A DNA stretch of 64,000 nt from Phoronis australis (Eukaryota > Animalia > Phoronida). Under the pieces are notes generated by a model. The model was not told where the DNA came from. It made no database searches and saw only the letters and a list, made by a program, of their open reading frames with translations. Where the stretch lies: assembly GCA_002633005.1 (NCBI GenBank), contig NMRA01000293.1:271198-335197 (forward strand). The letters are read 5' to 3'. The position numbers and the translations under genes were made by a program. Of this stretch, positions 1 to 12,470 are shown in pieces; within the stretch, counting starts at the first letter, position 1; every line of letters begins with the position of its first letter.

Positions 1-81
1 TGTATCGATAATCTGGCCAATCAATAAGTAAATCAATCAAAAATAAATAAACCACCATGAGAGTAATAAGTACAGACTCAC

Positions 82-206
82 ATTATCTGAGTCACGGTTG
101 TGTAACATCATACGGACAGTCTTCATATGGTACACTTTGTCTTTCTGTAACATGTAGTCAAACAGCTGGGGACCCATTAAGTTGTCGTCTTTGAATATCA
201 ATGTTC
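82..206 (-). CDS. SZT2: SZT2 exon (TLIFKDDNLMGPQLFDYMLQKDKVYHMKTVRM)
   Basis: AG acceptor and GTGAGT donor; phase 1->0; resembles SZT2 QLYNYV..YHMKPLRM. Confidence 0.88.
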
Positions 207-585
207 CTGGTAATTACAAAAAGTATTGACAGTGGCACAACAGCAAATCCTCAAGGTTAATCAGGGTCTGTCATTAACGTGCTGCTAAGACACCACGGCC
301 TACCCAAGGGAAGGAAAAGTTATTAGTTCAAGTTGGTGTAATGCGACTGTCAAAGCAAAGAATGGTAGCATCGTTCAAAATAAGTTATAATTCTAAATTA
401 TAAAACAAAAGGCACCACGGTAAATTTCCAAAGAGGGCTGACTGATATGGACATTACTATACAGCTGTCTAATGCCTGGTGAAATGATGTTCTACTGGAC
501 AAAAAACTGCCTGAAAAAGGATTTTCAGTAAATTTAAATGTAGTGAAAAAATGAACTTCGGAGCTAAAGCAAAGTTTGTCCATAC

Positions 586-787
586 CTTCAAACAGGTGGT
601 TCCTGGCAAATGACGGTGCATAAGGATAGAACTTAACAAAATCGCCAAGGAAATTAGACAGGTGATAGCCTCTCTTCAGGATCATCTGCTGACCATCTAG
701 GTAGCGTTGAATTGAGCGTAGATGAAAGTCGTGGGCAAAGGAATGGACGTGGGTCAACTCTTTGAACTTGTCACACTCATCAGCAAA
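586..787 (-). CDS. SZT2: SZT2 exon (FADECDKFKELTHVHSFAHDFHLR...RNHLFE)
   Basis: Strongly conserved SZT2 C-terminal motif; AG/GTATG; phase 0->1. Confidence 0.93.
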
Positions 788-1289
788 CTAAAATAGTGGA
801 GATCATGGCACCATGAAATCATTTAGTTCAACACACTCTCTGAACAAGAGAGATCATAAAAATCCATTGTTGAACCAAAAGAATAAATTATCATTGTCAT
901 TGATTCTCCTGTGGTCATTAAATCAAACCACAACTTTGTCATACTGAGCCCTGTTAGGTCACTGTTGAATATCTTGAAAACTCTTGATATGATGTGTGAG
1001 CATACGTTAGCACTCATTTCTGACAGTTCATGAGTTTTGTTTTGAATTAGCAAACTAATGCCTTGGAACTTAATGATGTCTCTCCTGGAATGCTTTCCAG
1101 TTTCACTCTTTGTCTAGTTTGTGAGAATCATATACCATTACTAATCTTGTCCTGTACTCCCAGTCACAACCATACCAAATCCTGACGATGACCAGATCTG
1201 AAAATGCATTCTCGTCAAAAACCTCAGACGTCACATATTCATTCCTAATTAATCTTCACTTCATATGCACAATCTGAGTCATCACGTAC

Positions 1290-1497
1290 GGGTTGGCTGG
1301 CCCTGTTTCTGTATGGAGATATTCTGGACACATCAAAGGCGTAGATCTTGATGTCAAAGAAGACTTCAAGGAAAGTGAGCTCGACCAAGATGATGCCTCC
1401 AGGGATTGTTTTCTGCAGGTTGAATATGACTGGCGACCTCACCATAGGGTTAGTGCCCTTGACCTCCTCCAAAACCTTTGACCTTGGAGGACGATAG
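1290..1497 (-). CDS. SZT2: SZT2 exon (LQKTIPGGIILVELTF)
   Basis: Overlaps ORF 1245-1472; AG/GTACGT; phase 2->0. Confidence 0.9.
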
Positions 1498-2001
1498 CTG
1501 AATAGAGAAAATTACACGTAACTTGAAACACTTTCGAAAATGTTTTTGGCTCTTCATTTAATCTAGGGGGAGCCTGTAGTCTAAAGAAGTTAAGAAGAAA
1601 ATACACAGGATGTACAAAACATGTTATTCCTTCTGATTGTACACAGGTTGCTTAATGTACTTTCAATGTTTTTTTTCAAAAATATTTGTTTGATACTCTG
1701 CCTGGTAACCGAGCCTATTTTGTCACTATTTCTGAGGATTCAACTACACATGTGTGACTGAGTAACCATAAAATTTCAATGCCGCCGTTGCGACTGTGAT
1801 TCAGAGGCCCACGTATTGAAAATGATAATAATTACTGAAATATGTTCAGAAAGAATAACAACCGAAGAGACTATCGGTATCAAACAGAAACTTCATGCTT
1901 CTGGCTCGTTTTTGAAAAAAAAATCCAATATAAAATGGACTATACAAAGTGTACTAATGTCCTGAAATTCAGAAGGAATATTTCTTCACTACCCCACTAA
2001 C

Positions 2002-2207
2002 CTGCGTTTGGGTGACTGTGGTCTTATCTGTATCTGCACGAAGCCAAGTTCTTGCAGGTACTGTATGTACTGATCAACAAAGCTGGTACGCAGATCAGCG
2101 TGCCAGACAGACTCTACATACGTCCCACTGTCATTAGATTGCACTCGCAGTCGACTCTCGTCTGATTTTTTGCTTTTGACACTGGCCCCTGAACCATGTC
2201 GAGAACG
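2002..2207 (-). CDS. SZT2: SZT2 exon (RSRHGSG...SFVDQYIQYLQELGF)
   Basis: Open frame; QYxQYLQxxGF motif; phase 0->2. Confidence 0.9.
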
Positions 2208-2675
2208 CTGTTAATTTGATAGAAATGAATTTTTATTCCAGATTCTTCATCAAAATGGAGAGTGAACAATGTAGTATACGTGACATGAAATCACAAGCAA
2301 AGCATTTAAGACAACTTTTCATCTTAAACAGAATATTACACCAGTTTAACAATTTTTACTCAAAAGTAGACAGGCAACACACTTTGATTTGATTCCAGAA
2401 AAGTTTTCTTAACGTTTGGTACCTGCTTACAATTCTACAGGCAGGCGATGATAACTAGATCGTGTTTGTAAAACTTGAAATTTCATATGCTAGAGAGTCA
2501 TCAAAATAAGAGGTCTTCTATGAACTTAGTATCTACTTCTTACCTGTGAGAAGTTTTCAGGTACATTTTGACATGTAGTTCTGAAACACTTTTAAATTAC
2601 CCAATTGCACTTCTGTAACAAATTTCAGTCACTACAAGACATTGTACTTTCATGATACATTGTTGAAGTACTCAC

Positions 2676-2834
2676 AGACTTCACAGGTTCAGCTGTGATG
2701 GGGCCCTCTTCAGCAAGGTCGGGACACTCAGGTGAGTCAAAGACCCTCCGTCTCCAAACAGGGCTGAACAGTAAAGGTGTGGCTATATTGTGCATCAACC
2801 GTGAGAGGTGTTTCAACAAGTGAACCATATCCTC
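2676..2834 (-). CDS. SZT2: SZT2 exon (EDMVHLLKHLSRLMHNIATPLLF)
   Basis: Within ORF 2625-2939; AG/GTGAGT; phase 0->0. Confidence 0.9.
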
Positions 2835-3853
2835 CTGTAAAACAGTCAAACACATTCTGCTTACAACTCCTAACACGATGGCCCTATCAAATTCCTGGAA
2901 TACTACAGCGCCTTCTCTTATCCTGAAGTATTTACCCACAATGCTATGCCTCTGTAAGGTACATGCCTATTTATACACTGCTGCCATGCTCATTACTTAG
3001 TTTAAGTTTGCTATTAGTCATTCTTAGATGCCAATAAAATTTTACTGGTGCACAGTAATTTGCAAGGCAGACAAAACAATTAATGAAAAGCTGAGTGAAG
3101 ATTGATAAATCCTTCTTCACTCACCCAACTCTGCTCAGAAGTGCGTTAGCTGCCACACCTTTCAAAAACTAGGTCAGTCATATAATTATAAATTTGGGTT
3201 GAAACGAATCGTACATTTTCCTATCCACGCAAACAGGAAACTTAAGTTGAATCTTGGACGTGGGAATTTTGGTGAAAACCGGAGTACTGCCTTCATAGCA
3301 AAGGTTAGAATTATTCAATCTTTTAAAAAAAGCAATCACCAGACCACGAAAGCAATATTTTATTTTTATTAGTTTGCATTAATTGAATAAGTGTGGCGAT
3401 CTAATTACTAAATAGACCGGGATCCCAAAGCTTTTTTGGGCATGAAAAGGTAACCAATTTTCTTTGGTGCCACAGTGTGCTGTGGGTATCCTGATGCTTG
3501 GAAATGGCCGTCTGGCAGGTTCGCTCTGGTGGGTGTGGTCAGGGGAGCCAAGAGAATTACACTCAAAAATTGAGATAGATCAACTTTTCTGGTAACCACT
3601 TAAAACTGCCTTCGATACCTGCTACGTCATNAGCAAAGGTTAGAATTATTCAATCTTTTAAAAAAAGCAATCAACAGACCACGAAAGCAATATTTTATTT
3701 TTATTAGTTTGCATTTATTGAACAAGTGTGGCGATCTAATTACTAAATTACCAGACAGTACAATTGATTTAATTTTACAGATCATTTAGCTTTAACTGAA
3801 AATGTTAGATGTATCTAGTATATTGTTAAGACTAAATCAAAAATAATACACAC

Positions 3854-3933
3854 TGAAATGGGGATATTTGACGATCCAACTCTCTGCTGCCAAGTGTCAT
3901 ACAAGAAATGCAGTTTCCTCTTGATTTCTTTTT
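3854..3933 (-). CDS. SZT2: SZT2 small exon (KEIKRKLHFLYDTWQQRVGSSNIPIS)
   Basis: TWQQR..PIS motif; cttccAG acceptor, GTGTGT donor; phase 1->0. Confidence 0.88.
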
Positions 3934-4436
3934 CTGGAAGCAAAATGTAGAGACAATGTAGTACACAAGACACATCACACTAGGACATAGCAGACTCACT
4001 GGTTTTTGCAATGTATAACAGTTAAGTATTAGCTAAGATTTTATTTTCGCAAACTCCAATGTATAACTGTCATCAACAACTAAGTAAAACTGTCACCACT
4101 TAAAACAAACTGATCGTTAACAGAAGCAGACGGCATACTACAAAACCTATAGGGATTGCCTCTATTGAGCAAAAACCCACCGACCATTTGCTCTTTGGCA
4201 AGTTCATGTCACCTACTCACTGTAAGAAACAATCTCATCAGGATCTACTTACAAGTCATAAATTCAGCCACTTGCTTGCACTAAACAGATCTAGCATTAT
4301 GACCTCTGGATAACAACAGCACACGCCAAAAATAATCAGACAATATCATCTGGAATTCTCCATCACAATGACTTAGCAGAAGTGGAATTTCATGGCGACA
4401 TGATGAATCATTAAGCGTCACGACCGGAATTTTGTC

Positions 4437-4631
4437 TGTGTACTTTTGGTGTATACTGTACTGAATGGCACGTGGTATCAGGCCCTGTATACTTTAGGTG
4501 TATACTGTACTGCATGGCACGTGGTATCAGGCCCTGTATACTTTTGGTGTATACTGTACTGAATGACACATGGTATCAGGCCCTGTATACTTTTGGTGTA
4601 TACTGTACTGAATGGCACATGGTATCCGGCC
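4437..4631. repeat. Minisatellite, 49-bp unit x4
   Basis: tgtatacttttggtgtatactgtactgaatggcacgtggtatcaggccc repeated head-to-tail. Confidence 0.95.
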
Positions 4632-5303
4632 ACTTGCTTCCATCTTAGTTTGTAAATTATTATTACTTTTTAACATTAAAACTAAATACAGCAATAACTA
4701 AATTAATTTCATTAGGGTTAAATGAAGCTCAAGCCATGTATGATAACGTGAAACAAGCCGCAAAATTTATCAATATTTTCCTCTTGGTTCACAATGCAAT
4801 CATGTAAACCAAAGCGACAACATTCAGATATATATACAGCACTGTGGGCAACGTTAGCTATTCACGAGGATGAGTAAATGACAGTAACTGTAACCATCAA
4901 GTCTGACACATAATAGAGTCAGTCCTATCTTCAATTTACCATCAGAGCTGTGGTAACCAGTTCATGTAATGTTATGTAATTTAGTTAGCAGGTTCAGGTA
5001 AGGCATGATATCCTTGCTTAATACTCTGAAATAACCAGGGCCCCCGAGCTATAATTTTTGTACTCGAAATCGAACCGAAAATTATTTTTGAAATTCCTTA
5101 TTTGAACTTTTGAGCGAACTCAAGATAGAAAATTACAAAAAAAACTTTGAGTTTGATTGCGATTTGATCCTGCCTCAAAATACGACAGCTTAGCCAACAA
5201 AACCAGCTCTAAGACAAAATTTGGTTGTGAACAAGTAGCCTCAGCAGACTATTCACATCTCACTGCACCCTAGGGGGCAGCAGTTGTTTATCACAAAGCT
5301 TGC

Positions 5304-5577
5304 CTCTCCATTGATGTTTCCTTATGTCCAACAGCTGCATTCCATGTCTGGCCACCAGATCCTTGAAATGACCGTACGCAGCTCGACACATTGGACGGAT
5401 CACTTTACAGTCCTTGTACAAGTCTTGGATTGGCAGACCGCTACCAGTAGGGGGCGCTATACCCGTGATGCTACCCACACGACTGCGAGTTTGAGGTAAA
5501 GGATCCTTCTGAGGTGGCACAGAGCTCCGTATAAGAGCATCCAGCTCATTGGTGGATTGATTGAAGGGATTAGCTTC
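5304..5577 (-). CDS. SZT2: SZT2 exon ending in a GC donor (EANPFNQ...HGMQLLDIRKHQWR)
   Basis: Open frame; GAG|GCAAGC supplies the phase-1 end needed by the 3854-3933 exon. Confidence 0.85.
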
Positions 5578-5964
5578 CTGTAAAGAACGGCAGTTATGAA
5601 CATGACACTACAGTTACCTGTGTCCTAACATACATGTAAAGTGTATCCTGTCCACAAACACGAAAATAAGTAGTACTAAAAATTCAGTTATAATCAACAA
5701 TACTTGTACAGGCATGTGTGGGTCTGTTTGGATTTATGTCCAAATTGTCAGCTTGAAACAAAAACAGTCTTAGTAGTGATGGCTAGTTACAGGAAGCACA
5801 TTAGATATTCTACATGTTTGTGATAGCTTGTTACGAAATATGGATAGCTGTAAAAGTACACTGAACAACTCAAACTGGTCACCGAATTAATTATTGTATG
5901 ACTGGATGGGTTAAGGTCACACAGAAGTCATCAACTGATAGTCAAAGCCTGTTCTAATCCTCAC

Positions 5965-6144
5965 CTTGGTGTGGGGCTCTGGGGGCATCTTGTCAAAGTA
6001 ATGGTGCCTGAACAGACCCATCTTTTGTGAGACAATATTGGCCAGAAGGTGACCGCGTGCATTATGCCACTGTATGAGGCTCTTCAATTGATGCTCCAGA
6101 GTTCTCACAAGGTCCTGGGCCCAGTTGTAGACATACAAAGTTAG
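5965..6144 (-). CDS. SZT2: SZT2 exon (LTLYVYNWAQD...SQKMGLFRHH)
   Basis: YNW and QKxGLF motifs; phase 0->0. Confidence 0.92.
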
Positions 6145-6329
6145 CTGTGAGGAGATGGTGAGGAAATCATTAACAAAGCACATTATAATACAAACAAAAG
6201 ATGCTACAAACTCACATTCTAGAAAAACCCATTTTGATTTAGACTAAGCTCAATGAGTTAGCTCAACCTGGCTGGTCATTTTTGAGATACACATCTCTGC
6301 AGGCAAGACCCACACATCACTTCAGTTGT

Positions 6330-8375
6330 ACAGGTGACATAAAATAAATCGAATCCATCAGAAAATGGAAAGGTGTCACCATCTCCTTCCAATACTCAAA
6401 AAAATCTGTCAAGGAACTACCAAGATATTAAGAAAATGTAAAAAAATAAAATTGCCACTAGGGGGTAGAGCAGAAGTTGGAACCATTTGAAAATGATCGA
6501 CATCTGTTGTCAAGTTAATAGAAATACATTTTCCAAATTCAACAATGATGCAGTACTAAGAGGTTTAGAGAAAAAAGGTGCGGATGACAAAAATGCCAGA
6601 ACGGGGCACCACAATAACCAGGGCCCGGTCTCCAATCTCCGTACTCAGACTCGAATCATGCTGAAACTCACACTTCATACTCAACTCGAGTACAGACTCA
6701 GCTTTGGTGTATTCAATGTCATACTCGAAAAATCTGTACTCCAAATTTCGAGCACGTACTCAGTTTTCGAGTGTACTCGAACTGAAGTGTATCTCATCTA
6801 TATTTCGAGTACGATTTTGAGTAAAAATTCGGAGTCTATGCTCAAATTTCAAGTTTGGTATGGCAGTGTGCTTGAAATCGTACTCGAAAGTAAATACGAG
6901 CCAGAGAACAAAATATCGAAAGGGAACCAAGAAACACAGCAAATCTAAAAAAATAAGTCCTCTTACCGTATCTCAGCACTTCAATTTCAGTTCAGAGATA
7001 ATAGTTTTCATCTTAAATCTTCTTATTCTTCACCTTATTAACCAGCCGTAGCACTGTATTTTATGGCCGCCCGTACCTCTACAATTCCTGGCAACAGGCG
7101 CATTGTAATCCCTTGTCGGCGAGTCATAACAAGCGTCGAAAGCAGTTGTGGGAAAAGTCGTGTGAAAAGTTTGTGCTGCCTTTATTTCGGTATGTGTGCC
7201 TATGTTTTGTAGGGTTTCCAAAAGACAAGGAGGGGATGGAAGTTAAAAACAGTTCGCTTCCCTGTCAGGTACATTTCTCATCATAACTTAGTCATCTATA
7301 ATTCCTTAATCCCCAAATGGAATTCCAGATTTTGTTTGCCGATTTCTAAGTAGACGTCTCGTCCCGTTCACTACCAGTGGTGAACTCTGAATGCCTGCAC
7401 AAGTATTGTTTTTTAACTCACGTGCCAAATGTCAACTCACTTGATACATCCCGGTAAAATACAAAGATACAGTACCAAAGTTTGACATCAGCGTAGGCCT
7501 ACACAGCAATGGGTTTTATGTCAAGACTAAATTAGCAACAGAGATGTGATGTGATAAGCTGTTACATATTTCAGACATTTTCGGGACTGGGTGAGGAACT
7601 CAAGAAGTAAAGCTTACTAATTGCCAAATGTATCAAAGAAATAGCATAAGAATATTTATTGAAACTAAAAAATGAATAACAGTTACAGAACACTCAGAAT
7701 TCCACGTTATAGACATACTCTTGTAGTTGTAGCGACAGCAGACGATAATGTAGGCCTAGTTCTTGGGGTGGTCCATTCCAATAGCGAGCGATAAATCAGC
7801 GCGGCTTTGCGTGATTTTGCACTTCATATCATAAAGAGTTCCATAGCAACTCGAGTATGAGTGTCAGATTTGAGAACGTTTGGAGTCTACTCGAAATAAG
7901 ACATTAGATACGCTTTTTTGAGTACGACTCCAGTGAGCACGATTTTGAGTATGAAATCTCGAGTATGAGTATGAGTCTGAGTACGAAGATTGGAGACCGG
8001 GCCCAGAGCTGTCCAAAAATCATCGTTAGTCATGCTCTTCCCAGTACGAACACACTAAACCATTTTCTAATTGATGATCCTTAGGTGGTTTGACCAATGA
8101 AGAGGCAGATGCCAAAACACCAAAAACAGTGAAAATGGCCACCAGGTGGTGCAGAATATGCCAAATCCACCTGAAAATGCAAAAGCGGCTATTGTCTCTT
8201 TAACACTTGCCAAATTTTATGAAAATTTGCCAAGGAACTGTATGAAAATTTGCTTATGTCGTCCCATCTATAAAAGGAACATCCATCTTGGGGTTTCGGA
8301 AATACAGCAGCAGAGGCTGGACGACTGCCGGATGAACAAGGATGACAGCAAAAGTGGGGGTGCACAAAACTGAAC
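6330..8375 (+). mobile_element. Degenerate HINE-family repeat copy interrupted by a Harbinger-like insertion
   Basis: Shares aaattgccactagggg, aaaatggccac and gccaaattt motifs and the 3' gga-rich end with 25082-26587; boundaries approximate. Confidence 0.6.
6622..8003. mobile_element. Non-autonomous PIF/Harbinger-like DNA transposon
   Basis: TIR GGCCCGGTCTCCAATCTyCGTACTCAGACTC at both ends; 3-bp TSD CAG (6619-6621, 8004-8006); many subterminal TACTC/GAGTA motifs; no transposase ORF. Confidence 0.85.
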
Positions 8376-8401
8376 ATTCAATAAAAAAATTTATACATCA
8401 C

Positions 8402-8523
8402 CTTTCTATCATCCACCATTAAAATGAAAATTCTCTGTCGTGGAACAAATATCGACTTTGAGACAGAAGAGTCACGGCTAATAGAGGGCTCTAGTGGTAC
8501 AAACTTCTGGAAATTCTTGCGAG
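8402..8523 (-). CDS. SZT2: SZT2 exon (RKNFQKF...VPRQRIFILMVDDRK)
   Basis: PRQR motif; phase 1->0. Confidence 0.9.
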
Positions 8524-8630
8524 CTGCAACAAACAACAGATGTTTCAATGCAACCCATAACTTACATTAAGACAGATTGACCACAAAGAAATGGACGGGA
8601 GGGGGGGTAATTCTTATACCACGGAGGACA

Positions 8631-8946
8631 CAGGGGGTGGAAACAACACGACTCCAGCATTCATGAACATAGCTCTTCCCTTGTAAACAGGACTCACAGG
8701 CCAGGAAACTTAGTTCACATCACACATACACCACGTACCTGCACTCACAAACACATTCCATGGACTCCATGTCCACCATGTTGAGTGGTTGGTAAGCAGT
8801 GTTTGTTAACTGGGAGCTGTGATTTTGGGTGCATAAGTCATATTTTGCGAGTCCATGAATTTAGTTTAAAGGCCCCATGAGCCTTGTTTACAAGACAGTC
8901 AAAAACTATGTTCATGAGTGCCGCAGTCACATTGTTTCCACCCCTA
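8631..8946. mobile_element. MITE with ~70-bp imperfect TIRs (hAT-like CAGGGG...CCCCTA ends)
   Basis: ggggtggaaacaa..gact...tcatgaacatag...ttgtaaaca mirrored at the right end; no clean TSD. Confidence 0.7.
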
Positions 8947-9150
8947 AGAACATCATGACGTAAAAAGTGACAGCCTTTGAAATTTCCACCATAGAATTGT
9001 CTTGCACTGTACAGGTCTTATAAAACGTCACAAAGTCACTCTGAAAAAATGGTAAAAATTGTCACCTTTTGCAAAGAAGCTGATTGTACCAAGAGTTTAA
9101 GACATACATTTACACGCGTTTTTTTCAGTTAAACTTTAGGCACCACATAC

Positions 9151-9334
9151 TTGAGGGATTAACCAATGACGGTGGCTCTACGCAGGCCTCCTCCTCAGTC
9201 TTGTCCCGTCTATCTATGCAGGCCTGCCATTGGTCAACATTTCGTCCAACCAGAATGTATGAGGATGACTGTCCAGGTAACAAGTGACTACTTGATTTGT
9301 TGACATCAAGCGACGTCTCAGCCGTATCATTAGT
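9151..9334 (-). CDS. SZT2: SZT2 exon (ILVGRNVDQWQAC)
   Basis: GRNxxQW motif; AG/GTATGT; phase 0->1. Confidence 0.88.
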
Positions 9335-10373
9335 CTAAATAAGATGATCATTTTTCATTTTGTGATAATTTAAGTCATTTCCTTCATTCTTGGCACAGGA
9401 AATAAGGTCACACTCTTGATGAAAACATGGTGCAAGTCTTTGAAAGAGACATCTTGTTATTTTCATTTGTGCAAGTCCAATATTTGCATTAAGCTTTAAT
9501 ATTAATTTTCAAACATCATCATGGTGCATAGATATACAATTACACAAATAACAATAATTACAATGCATGAACACATATTATGAATTATAAAGAACACACA
9601 CATCTACTACACAAATCTCGAAACAGGAGAAGATGAAGACCTGACTCAACAGTTCAACTAGAGTAAGTGTGTTCTAGAGGCAGTTCACCTTTAACCGACT
9701 GTTTTAAGGTTCTAAAGGACTTGTCTACAAAACAACACATTTTAAGTCAGTAAAGTCAGTAAAAGTACATTAATATATTTTCAAAAAGAAGAAAGTCTGT
9801 AGAATTTGATTTTTGATTTTTTTAATCTGCCTTTCATTGTGTTGTAAGACTATGTTTTTTAGTAAAATTTAGTAAAAATTGGAAGTTAGCAAACCCAAAT
9901 TATTTACAATACATCTGACCAAATTATGTTTAATATGAATGTTCAAGATGAAATCACAAAAACGCTGTTACAAAACTGTTTCATTGGCAAATTATAATTT
10001 CATTTTTGTTCTTTGCAACCTCGAAGTTATTTCATAAAAATCACTTAGTCTAATATTTGATAGCCCTTAAGGATCGTTTTAAAAATAATCTCTAACAACA
10101 ACTTGAAGCATAAAGCATGGTATCTCCAAGTTTCATACGAATCCTAGCACCCATCTCTGAGATATAATGTTCTGAGTTAGGCCAAATTTGGCCATTTTTC
10201 TAGGGTCCTATATTACCTTAAAAAAGTGCTCTGTATGACTTGCCCACATATTCACTATTCTGCAAACACTCATTATTTAATGTGGAGACAAGAGGCGGAT
10301 GGTTCTCAATATTTCACAGCTTCTAACACTCAATATCAATTAACATCAGTTTCCACACATTAAGTCAACTTAC

Positions 10374-10552
10374 CGACAATGGCTCTCTGTGTGTCTCACA
10401 GGCAGTGTATTCACCTGACTTGTTCTTCACAAACATTGGGGTCAATGTGTCACTACACTGCCTCAACACCAATGCCTTGATCTCCTTCAACACCAGACTA
10501 ACAGACATACGACTCAGCAAACCAGTGGTCATTTGGAACACAGATGGACCAT
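10374..10552 (-). CDS. SZT2: SZT2 exon (GPSVFQMTTGLLSRMSVSLVLKE)
   Basis: Within ORF 10365-10565; GTAAGT donor; phase 1->0. Confidence 0.87.
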
Positions 10553-10599
10553 CTAAGAATGGCAAGTCAGAATAATCTTAATCTATTGTCACGAAAGTT

Positions 10600-11580
10600 G
10601 TGTCACTTGACAGACGATAAAGTCGTGAACTAGTCCACGTTTTCAACCTCCATGATTTGGTCATCATTTTGAAAGTGATGTATGTTGAATACCCAGACAT
10701 GTGATGTCACAATTGGAGTTGGCGGAGCTAACAATTTGGTTTATCCAAAGAATGGAAATTGTCCCACTTATTAAACATGTTATCATTGTCCATTATAAAA
10801 GGATTCTCCCAATCAAATAACTGATAGTTTTGTACAGCATGATCCTTAACTGCTGATTTGTACTCGATGTTTTCAGACACCCTCCACTGAACATGGGTGA
10901 AGAGTTTATTACTTTCCTGCTCCAAGTTCTTATCGTGTTCTGCAATCCACGTGCCTAATTTCCTTCCCGTTTCACCGATCAATACAAAATCACAATTTGT
11001 GCACAGAACTTTGTAGACAACACCACAGCAATTAAAGATGACTCTCTTGTCTTTTGGGTAGACAACAAGGCATATTACGGAGAGTGCGGAGAGGTCTCAC
11101 AGCACCAGATATGTTGTGCGATTTAAACACTAAAAATTCATTCAAATTTGGCATTTCTCTGAAAGGCCTGCGATGATTATCAAGACCACTATACCAACAG
11201 GCACCATTTTTTCCTTGGGTGTTTTCCTTCGGAGTCAGTATTTTCACTTAATTTGTGAAATAACCATGTGGTATAGCTACATCTACTGAGAGCGCTATCT
11301 ATCTGCTGGAAATCAAGTAATCTATACATAGGGTCCAAAACAATGTTCTCACAGGTTTACTAGGAGGATAAGAGAATCTATTTGCACCAAAGAAATGGGT
11401 AATACGTGCATGTATTTAAGACGTAAGACAAGTTCAACTGGACACCACTCATGAGAACCAAATTTGTAGCTCCACCTGCTCCGATCATGATTTCACACGT
11501 CTGGGCAGTTGACATACATCAGTTTGAAAATGACCGCCGGACCAAGGAGGTTGGAAACTTTAAACGACTTTATCATCTAT
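10600..11580 (-). mobile_element. Penelope-like retroelement relic (GIY-YIG endonuclease fragment) with inverted pLTR copies
   Basis: Minus frame GVVYKVLCTNCDFVLIGETGRKLGTWIAEH...KSAVKDH...FDWEN; linker FKSHNI..VRPLRTLRNM; ~10610-10729 is inversely repeated at ~11469-11580. Confidence 0.8.
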
Positions 11581-11750
11581 TTTGTTCCTTACATGTATTT
11601 TGGAAGGGTAAATGAAGATAGTATTACTTACACACAATCATGGACTTGCATTTAACTGAGTGGACAAATTTGTCTGAATATTTATTAGTGAATGTTGAAA
11701 TCCATTCTTAAAGATGTATTGCATGTCTTTACTATGCTATTGTATAGCAC

Positions 11751-12100
11751 AAACTAAACGACAATGCCATTCCATGCTAAACAAAGTGCAGTGTTGTATT
11801 CATTGACAACATTACTGTAAATGTGAAAACAGAAAATTCTGCAAATTGGTGACCTTTGCACTGATGACGTACCTCGCGGGCTCACATAGCCTGCATCATG
11901 CAGTGTTACTCCCCAGCACCATGTCACTATTAATACTTACCGGACACGATTCAGTGATTTGCTGCAGTTCATTTTCCCCACAAGACTTGTTCTTAAAAAA
12001 CATTTGTCAATTTTCAACCTGCTTTGTATTCGCATCATGGCTACATGTTTTGTTTCTAATTTGGCCAACCAATCACAGAGATAAGGAATTAGCCTGTAAG
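11751..12100 (+). repeat. Dispersed repeat, copy 1 (copy 2 at ~32868-33195)
   Basis: Shared aactaaacgacaatg...atgctaaacaaagtgcag...ggtgacctttgcact...caatcacagagataaggaattagcct. Confidence 0.85.
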
Positions 12101-12470
12101 TTCCACTTTAATAAACACACAGTAAAAATTCTCCAATTTGGAAGTGTCTAGAACATAGGACGCAGAAACTCCCTCAAAAATTGAAATTTCTTGATTCTGG
12201 AACTTGCAACAAGGGTGATTTTGGAGTTCACCATATTTCTCAAATTTTGTATGTTTTCCATCCACACAGTCGTTAATTTTGCCGTCTTTCTGGTGATTCT
12301 TGAATTTGGAACGACTAATGTTGCCTATTTTTAGAATTTGGGACAAACTCCAATCTTGACCAAAATCATTAATTTTTCACTGTACCAAATTGAGGATTTT
12401 TTACCGTATTTCTGATTTGACACTTAAGCAGTGAATGGAAAAAATAGTGCTGCCTTAAGATGAGCCTCAC

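Noticed and set aside
3125-3168. Strong GTGAGT donor suggesting a small exon
   Set aside because: Not needed for frame, no SZT2 similarity, and incompatible with the phase 0 junction here.
6487-6948. 153-aa plus-strand ORF
   Set aside because: It crosses the HINE/Harbinger junction and runs through subterminal repeats; no transposase motif.
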